Positions 58,309 to 64,000 of a stretch of 64,000 bases of DNA are shown here, one piece after another. The number at the start of each line of letters is the position of its first letter. The stretch's first letter is position 1. The translations under genes were made by a program, and so were the position numbers. Origin of the DNA: Terriglobia bacterium (GTDB taxonomy: Bacteria > Acidobacteriota > Terriglobia > 20CM-2-55-15); the NCBI GenBank assembly GCA_965218585.1, contig CBDCLE010000019.1, positions 96,001 through 160,000 of the forward strand, given 5' to 3'. The notes under the pieces are model-generated. The model did no database searches. It was not told the origin of the DNA and saw nothing but the letters and a program-made list of their open reading frames with translations.

Positions 58309-59502
58309 TTGAATTCAAAAACCAAGTACTCGATTTTGCTGGTTTCCTCGATCATAGTCGTCTACGCGATTATCGGTGGCATGATGGGACGCGTCAGCGC
58401 TCAGGACGGTTCCTACCCCCAACTTTCCATATTCATGGAAGTGATTAACCGAATCCAGAACGACTATGTGGATGATCCAGGCCTGACTGAGGCACTGGAC
58501 GGTGCTATCCGGGGCATGGTCGAGCGGGTTGACCCTCGCGGTGGCTATCTGAGTCCAGAGACCGTCGAGTTTTACAGAGGTTACGATCCCTTAACCTCAG
58601 CTGGCATCGGGGTGAGCCTATCGAAGAAATTCGATTACCCGATCATTGTAGCGGCTGTTCCGGGTGGTCCCGCCGACCGAGCCGGCCTCGGATCGGGCGA
58701 CACGATCGAGGGGATCGGCGGAGAATCTCTGCGGGAACACAACTTGATAGAAGTTCAACAGTTGTTGTCAGGAGAGGCAGGCACGACCGTCGATCTGACC
58801 GTTATCCGCCGAAGCCGGCCCGAGCCAGGCGAACTCCGCCTGACCCGGGAAATCGTAGATCTACCTCCTGTTCAGGCCCGAATGATTGAAGGAGACATTG
58901 GTTATGTGAAAATCCCGATTCTGGCTCCGGGAAAAACAGCCGAAGCCCGGGACGAGATCGAACGACTGTCCGATGAAGGCGCCACGCAGTTCGTACTGGA
59001 TCTGCGAAACTCCGCCGGTGGAAACCGAGACGAAGCCCTCCAGCTGGCCGACCTGTTCATAGCGTCGGGAAGCCTCGGCTATGTCGAAGGTCAGACGACC
59101 GAGCGCGAAACGTTCTCGGCCGAGGCCGCGCCCACCATCTGGGACTTGCCACTGGTAGTTTTGATTAACGCCGGCACTGCTGAAGCAGCCGAGATCGCGG
59201 CAGCAGCCTTGCGGGACAACGGAAGGGCGGAACTGGTTGGCGTCCGCACGTTCGGGCTGGGTTCTGTTCAAGAATTGCTGCCGCTCGAAGACGGTTCAGC
59301 CTTACTCCTCTCGGTGGCCAAGTATTACAGTCCCTCGGGCTCTGAAATACAGCAGACCGGTGTCATTCCCACAGTCGAGGTGACGGCAGCGGCCGCGCTG
59401 GATCCGCTCGCCCTCCCCGAAGAGTCGTCGCGGACCATGGACCGACAACTCGAACGGGCTATCGAAATCCTGCTTGGCGAGGCCGGAGAACAGGCCGCCT
59501 AG
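58309..59502 (+). CDS. S41A C-terminal processing peptidase homolog (PDZ-containing), probably catalytically inactive
   Basis: PDZ (GGPADRAGL), LDLRNSAGG; catalytic motifs changed to GTAEAAEI and TFGLGSVQ. Confidence 0.85.
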   Translation: MNSKTKYSILLVSSIIVVYAIIGGMMGRVSAQDGSYPQLSIFMEVINRIQNDYVDDPGLTEALDGAIRGMVERVDPRGGYLSPETVEFYRGYDPLTSAGIGVSLSKKFDYPIIVAAVPGGPADRAGLGSGDTIEGIGGESLREHNLIEVQQLLSGEAGTTVDLTVIRRSRPEPGELRLTREIVDLPPVQARMIEGDIGYVKIPILAPGKTAEARDEIERLSDEGATQFVLDLRNSAGGNRDEALQLADLFIASGSLGYVEGQTTERETFSAEAAPTIWDLPLVVLINAGTAEAAEIAAAALRDNGRAELVGVRTFGLGSVQELLPLEDGSALLLSVAKYYSPSGSEIQQTGVIPTVEVTAAAALDPLALPEESSRTMDRQLERAIEILLGEAGEQAA

Positions 59503-59533
59503 AGCAGTCTGTGGCTGCTCGCAGTTCCGAAAA

Positions 59534-61432
59534 ATGCTGGTCCGCTTCCACGACGTCTCGAAGTCGTTCGGGTCGTTCGACGTCCTTCAAAACGTATCCT
59601 TCGAAATACATCCAGGAAACAAAGTCGGCCTAATCGGCGCCAATGGTGCCGGAAAGACCACTCTGCTTGAGCTCGTTCAGAAACCCGACAGCACAGACAG
59701 CGGCACCGTCACGGCCGGCTCCGGCATTCGAATAGGACGACTGGATCAGCTTCCCGACTTCGGCGAAACCAAGGTCATGGAAGTCGCGTTGGATTCTTTC
59801 AAGGATCTCCAGAGGACCGAACGGCGTCTTCGGGAAATGGAGGAAGCCATGGCTGCGGACGGGAATCGGGAGCTGTTGGACCGGTATTCCCAACTCCAGC
59901 AGGAATTCGAATTTCACGGAGGCTACAGCTACCGGGCACGGACCGAAGGCGCTCTGTTTGGGATGGGCTTCTCCCCGAATCAGTTCGACCAGCCCGCCGG
60001 GTCGCTTTCCGGAGGTGAACGAAACCGCCTGGCCCTCGCGCGGTTGCTCCTGGACGAGGCCGATCTACTGCTGCTGGATGAGCCGACCAACCATCTGGAC
60101 ATCCGATCCATCGAGTGGCTGGAACGTTATCTCAGAGAAACCGATAAGTCGCTCCTGATCGTGTCACACGACCGGTTTTTCCTGGACCGTGTCGTCAGCC
60201 GTGTCCTGGAACTAGATAGCGGGAAGATCTACAGCTACAGCGGCAATTATTCCGCGTACGTCAAACAACGCAATCAGCGCCTCGAGCTCCAGGAAAAAGA
60301 ATGGCAACGCCAGCAGGAATGGATCGAAAAGACCCAGGACTACATCAGGCGCAACCTGGCAGGCCAGAAGACAAAGCAGGCCCAGTCGCGCCGGAAGGCA
60401 CTCGCCAGGATTCAACCCATCGAAAAACCGCAGTCCAGAGGAGAGAAAGTTCGTTTTCACTTCATGCCCTCTCGGGAAACCGGGCGCTATGTCCTGCACA
60501 CGCGTGCGCTGGAAATCGGATACGAAAGCCGATCGATCGCGGAAAACCTCAACATGGACGTGGAAAGGGGTCAGCGTTGGGCTCTGGTCGGACCAAACGG
60601 TTCAGGCAAGACAACCTTGTTACGTTCCCTGATCGGCCGTCTCGCGCCTCTCGCCGGTGAATTGGATTGGGATGACCACCTGGAAGTGGGCTACTACGAT
60701 CAACAGCTCGAAGACCTCAACCCGACGGCAGGTGTCCTGGATGAAATTCGCTCCCTCGATTCGCGGCCAACCGATGGAGAACTGCGTTCCTTTCTGGCTC
60801 AATTCCTCTTTCGCGGCGAAGACGTCTTTAAGACCGTGTCACAGCTCAGTGGTGGTGAGCGATCCAAATTGAGTCTGGCCAAGATCATCTACGCATCACC
60901 ACCGCTGCTGGCCCTGGACGAACCGACAAACCATCTGGACATCGCTTCCTGCGAAGCGCTGGAACCCGCCTTGGCCGCCTACCCGGGAACGATGTTGTTC
61001 ATTACGCACGACCGACGACTGATCGAACGTATCGCAACCAATATCCTTTATCTTCCAGGCGACCGAACTGAAGGAAACCAGGTTCACCTGTTCGACCGGT
61101 TTGATGCGTTCGAAGAATGGCTCGAAGAAGACATAGCCGCGGCCTCTGCGAAGTCAGCTTCTTCCGAACGTCTGCCCAGGAATCAGACCGCCCCGAAACC
61201 GTCAAAACCACATCTGAGCAAAAACCGTCGCGAACAATTGGAAACTGAGATGCGCCGTCTGGAAACCCGGATCGAGGAGAGCGAGAACGAAATACACGAG
61301 ATGGAATTACTGTTCCAGAAATCCCCGAACGAAATCGAGTGGGACAGTGCAAACCGGCGATACAGCGAACTCAAAGAGGAGGTCGAGCAGCTTTACAAGA
61401 ACCTGGCAGACAAGGCCGCGCTACTGGAGTGA
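59534..61432 (+). CDS. ABC-F family ATPase (Uup/YheS-like)
   Basis: Two NBDs (GANGAGKTT, GPNGSGKTT, LSGGE x2, DEPTNHLD x2); C-terminal coiled coil; no TM helices. Confidence 0.93.
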   Translation: MLVRFHDVSKSFGSFDVLQNVSFEIHPGNKVGLIGANGAGKTTLLELVQKPDSTDSGTVTAGSGIRIGRLDQLPDFGETKVMEVALDSFKDLQRTERRLREMEEAMAADGNRELLDRYSQLQQEFEFHGGYSYRARTEGALFGMGFSPNQFDQPAGSLSGGERNRLALARLLLDEADLLLLDEPTNHLDIRSIEWLERYLRETDKSLLIVSHDRFFLDRVVSRVLELDSGKIYSYSGNYSAYVKQRNQRLELQEKEWQRQQEWIEKTQDYIRRNLAGQKTKQAQSRRKALARIQPIEKPQSRGEKVRFHFMPSRETGRYVLHTRALEIGYESRSIAENLNMDVERGQRWALVGPNGSGKTTLLRSLIGRLAPLAGELDWDDHLEVGYYDQQLEDLNPTAGVLDEIRSLDSRPTDGELRSFLAQFLFRGEDVFKTVSQLSGGERSKLSLAKIIYASPPLLALDEPTNHLDIASCEALEPALAAYPGTMLFITHDRRLIERIATNILYLPGDRTEGNQVHLFDRFDAFEEWLEEDIAAASAKSASSERLPRNQTAPKPSKPHLSKNRREQLETEMRRLETRIEESENEIHEMELLFQKSPNEIEWDSANRRYSELKEEVEQLYKNLADKAALLE

Positions 61433-61480
61433 AAAGCTAGCCGACGAGATGCCTCTCACAGTCCACCAGCCACAAGCTCT

Positions 61481-62866
61481 GAGTTATAACCGAATCTGGT
61501 GTTTGAGGGATTGAGGAAGAGCGGCGTATCTGGTTGATTTGTTGTTTACCAGACTTCAAAGCAACCAAGGGAGATACGCCACTATGAGCAAGAGTAACGT
61601 GACTGGACCGGAGGGTCGAGAGACGATTGAGGATCCGATAACAGAGCTACTACGAGTTGGAGCTCAGCAACTGATCCAACGCGCGGTGGAAACCGAATTG
61701 GCGGAACTGCTATCCCACCACGGCGATCGGAGAACCGAGACGGGCAACGCCGGGGTGGTGCGCAACGGTTATCTGCCTGAACGTGAACTGCAGACCGGTT
61801 TGGGGCCGGTAACGGTCCAGATCCCGAAAGTCCGAGCGAAGACTGGCGACCCGGTAACGTTCCGGTCGGCCCTGGTACCTCCCTACATTCGGAAAACGAA
61901 ATCGCTGGAAGCAGCGGTGCCGTGGTTGTATTTGAAAGGCATCTCCAGCGGCGAGATGGGTGACGCTCTAAAAGTTCTTGTCGGACCCCAGGCGCAGGGC
62001 CTGTCGGCGAGCACGGTATCGCGGTTGAAACAGGTCTGGGCCGAGCAGTACCGCCGGGGATGCGAGGAGCGATTGGATGCCGATCGCTGGGTCTATGTCT
62101 GGGCCGACGGTATCTACAGCGGACTGCGGGCCGAAGAAACCAAGTTGTGCGCACTGGTGGTGATCGGCGCGAATCAACGCGGAGAGAAACGTTTTCTGGC
62201 AATCGAAGACGGTGTCCGGGAATCGACACAAAGTTGGCGCGAGGTCTTGTTAAAGCTGAAGTCGCGTGGGATGAATATCCCGAAGTTGGCCATCGGAGAC
62301 GGTGCGATGGGATTCTGGGCCGCACTGGAGGAAATCTATCCCGAGACACGTCACCAACGTTGCTGGATGCACAAGACCATGAACGTACTGAACGGGCTCC
62401 CGAAGTCGGCCCAGGCGAAGGCGAAACAGGCTTTGCACGCGATCTGGCGGGCTCAGACACAGGCAGACGCCGAGAAGGCATTCGATCTGTTCATTGAAAC
62501 CTATGAGCCGAAGTATCCGAAAGCCACTCGCTGCCTCCAGAAAGACAAAGAAGAACTGCTGGCCTTCTTCAACTTCCCGGCCAAGCATTGGCAGAGCATC
62601 CGAACGACCAATCCCATTGAGTCGACCTTTGCTACCATTCGCCACCGAACCAAGCGATCCAGGGGTTGCCTGACGCGGGTTGGCATGCTGCACATGATGT
62701 TCAAACTGGGACAGTGCGCTCAGAAGAACTGGCGACGATTACGAGGATTCGATGATCTGCCCAAGGTGATTACTGGAGTGAAATTCAACGATGGAATCGA
62801 AGTGACCCACGTCGATCAGGCCGCCGCTTGAGTCAATCGGCAAAACACCACTTTTGACAATAACTC
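61481..62866 (+). mobile_element. IS256-family insertion sequence (1386 bp)
   Basis: IRL GAGTTATAACCGAATCTGGTGTTTG versus IRR(rc) GAGTTATTGTCAAAAGTGGTGTTTT (18/25 identical); 9-bp target duplication ACAAGCTCT at 61472-61480 and 62867-62875. Confidence 0.95.
61584..62831 (+). CDS. IS256 (mutator-type) DDE transposase
   Basis: RNGY..R, YVWADG, LAIGDGAMGFW, QRCWMHK, RTTNPIESTF. Confidence 0.96.
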   Translation: MSKSNVTGPEGRETIEDPITELLRVGAQQLIQRAVETELAELLSHHGDRRTETGNAGVVRNGYLPERELQTGLGPVTVQIPKVRAKTGDPVTFRSALVPPYIRKTKSLEAAVPWLYLKGISSGEMGDALKVLVGPQAQGLSASTVSRLKQVWAEQYRRGCEERLDADRWVYVWADGIYSGLRAEETKLCALVVIGANQRGEKRFLAIEDGVRESTQSWREVLLKLKSRGMNIPKLAIGDGAMGFWAALEEIYPETRHQRCWMHKTMNVLNGLPKSAQAKAKQALHAIWRAQTQADAEKAFDLFIETYEPKYPKATRCLQKDKEELLAFFNFPAKHWQSIRTTNPIESTFATIRHRTKRSRGCLTRVGMLHMMFKLGQCAQKNWRRLRGFDDLPKVITGVKFNDGIEVTHVDQAAA

Positions 62867-62895
62867 ACAAGCTCTTGAATCATGAGGTTGTCCCT

Positions 62896-62936
62896 TTGAT
62901 CGATTCCATGACTATGGGCTAGAATGTAGGATTCTA
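62896..62936 (+). promoter_or_regulatory. Putative uvrA promoter with an overlapping palindrome
   Basis: TTGATC-18 bp-TAGAAT; inverted repeat TAGAAT-GTAGG-ATTCTA at 62920-62936. Confidence 0.4.
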
Positions 62937-62977
62937 AACCCTCTCAGATCACTGTCTGAGGAGTGTCCGACTCCAGA

Positions 62978-64000
62978 ATGTCAATTGAGTCCATTCGTAT
63001 CCGCGGTGCCCGGCAACATAACCTGAAGAACATCAACGTTGAGATTCCACGCAACTCTTTGACTGTTGTTACGGGTCTGAGCGGCTCAGGCAAATCCAGT
63101 CTGGCTTTCGACACCGTCTACGCCGAAGGTCAGCGACGTTATGTGGAGTCGCTGTCTGCATACGCACGCCAGTTCCTGGACCGTCTGGAGCCCCCGGACG
63201 TGGACTCGATCGAAGGCCTCTCACCGGCGATTTCCATTGAACAGAAGAGCTCGGCCCGCAGTCCCCGTTCTACAGTCGGGACCGTAACCGAAATCTATGA
63301 CTACCTCCGGCTCCTTTTCGCTTCGATCGGCACGCCGCATTGTCCGGAGTGCGGGAAGCCGATTTCCAGACAGAGCCCCGATCAGATCGTTCGCAGCCTT
63401 AAGGACCTGCCGGAGGGTGAACGAGTAATGGTTCTCGCGCCGATCGTTCGGGGCCGAAAGGGAGAGTTCAAGGTTCAGTTGGCATCCATGGCAAACGCCG
63501 GTTACGTCCGTGCCCGAATCGACGGCACCTTGTATAACCTGGATGAACCTATCGAACTCAACCGCCGCAAGAACCACACGATTGAAGTCGTCGTAGATCG
63601 CTTGATGGTCAAACCGGGCATCGAAAAGAGGCTTCAGGCTTCAATCGAACGGGCCGTCAAGCTCGCAGGGGGCATCGTCCAGATCGCGGTCGTAGAAGGG
63701 GACGAACAGCTCTATTCGGAGAAGATGGCGTGCGTGGACTGCGGGGTCAACATGCCCACGATTGAGCCTCGGACGTTCTCCTTTAACAGCGTTTACGGCG
63801 CGTGTTCAAAGTGCAACGGACTCGGCGTGCGTTTTGACTTCGATCCCGGGCGTATCCTGCCCGATTCTTCTCAGTCGATTCTGAACGGTGGACTCAGCCT
63901 GAACGGGTGGTTTGAGGACGAAATCGAAGGCAGTCTGAAGAAGATCGCGAAGCATTTCCGCACAGATCTCGACGTTCCTTTCGACGACCTTCCTGCCAAA
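62978..64000 (+). CDS. uvrA: Excinuclease ABC subunit A (partial, runs off the window)
   Basis: Translated by eye: [67 protein letters not shown]. Confidence 0.97.
   Translation, partial: MSIESIRIRGARQHNLKNINVEIPRNSLTVVTGLSGSGKSSLAFDTVYAEGQRRYVESLSAYARQFLDRLEPPDVDSIEGLSPAISIEQKSSARSPRSTVGTVTEIYDYLRLLFASIGTPHCPECGKPISRQSPDQIVRSLKDLPEGERVMVLAPIVRGRKGEFKVQLASMANAGYVRARIDGTLYNLDEPIELNRRKNHTIEVVVDRLMVKPGIEKRLQASIERAVKLAGGIVQIAVVEGDEQLYSEKMACVDCGVNMPTIEPRTFSFNSVYGACSKCNGLGVRFDFDPGRILPDSSQSILNGGLSLNGWFEDEIEGSLKKIAKHFRTDLDVPFDDLPAK

Overview
A 64-kb, GC-rich, gene-dense bacterial chromosomal segment. Gene content and order (rfaE2-mfd-surA-S4, mltG-ruvX, a degenerate S41 peptidase, a large Ser/Thr kinase) suggest an Acidobacteriota-like organism; this is an inference, not a database result. 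Housekeeping genes are mfd, surA-like PPIase, rfaE2, folK, rmlC, mltG, ruvX, an ABC-F ATPase and a partial uvrA. Accessory modules include a HupE/UreJ gene coupled to a flavoprotein-cNMP fusion, an NHL lipoprotein with a Tat-signalled TldD and TldE, a ~10-TM receptor with two Ser/Thr kinase domains, MacB-like and Phn/selenate-type ABC systems, a phosphorelay and adenylate cyclase block, an M16 peptidase pair, a VapBC-type toxin-antitoxin pair, a pyoverdine-type fpvJ/H(K)/CDEF-like iron cluster and an intact IS256 with a 9-bp target duplication. The most notable observations are: (i) two hybrid kinases joined head-to-head at ~38104-38122, both missing their 5' ends, one keeping the C-terminal tail of an ammonium transporter; (ii) the Fpv-like cluster with a DUF4198 gene and no fpvG; (iii) the dual-kinase receptor; (iv) the exported TldD/E with a PAL-like lipoprotein; (v) two visible frameshifts (a 20-bp tandem duplication and a +1 C). 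No rRNA, tRNA or CRISPR array was seen.
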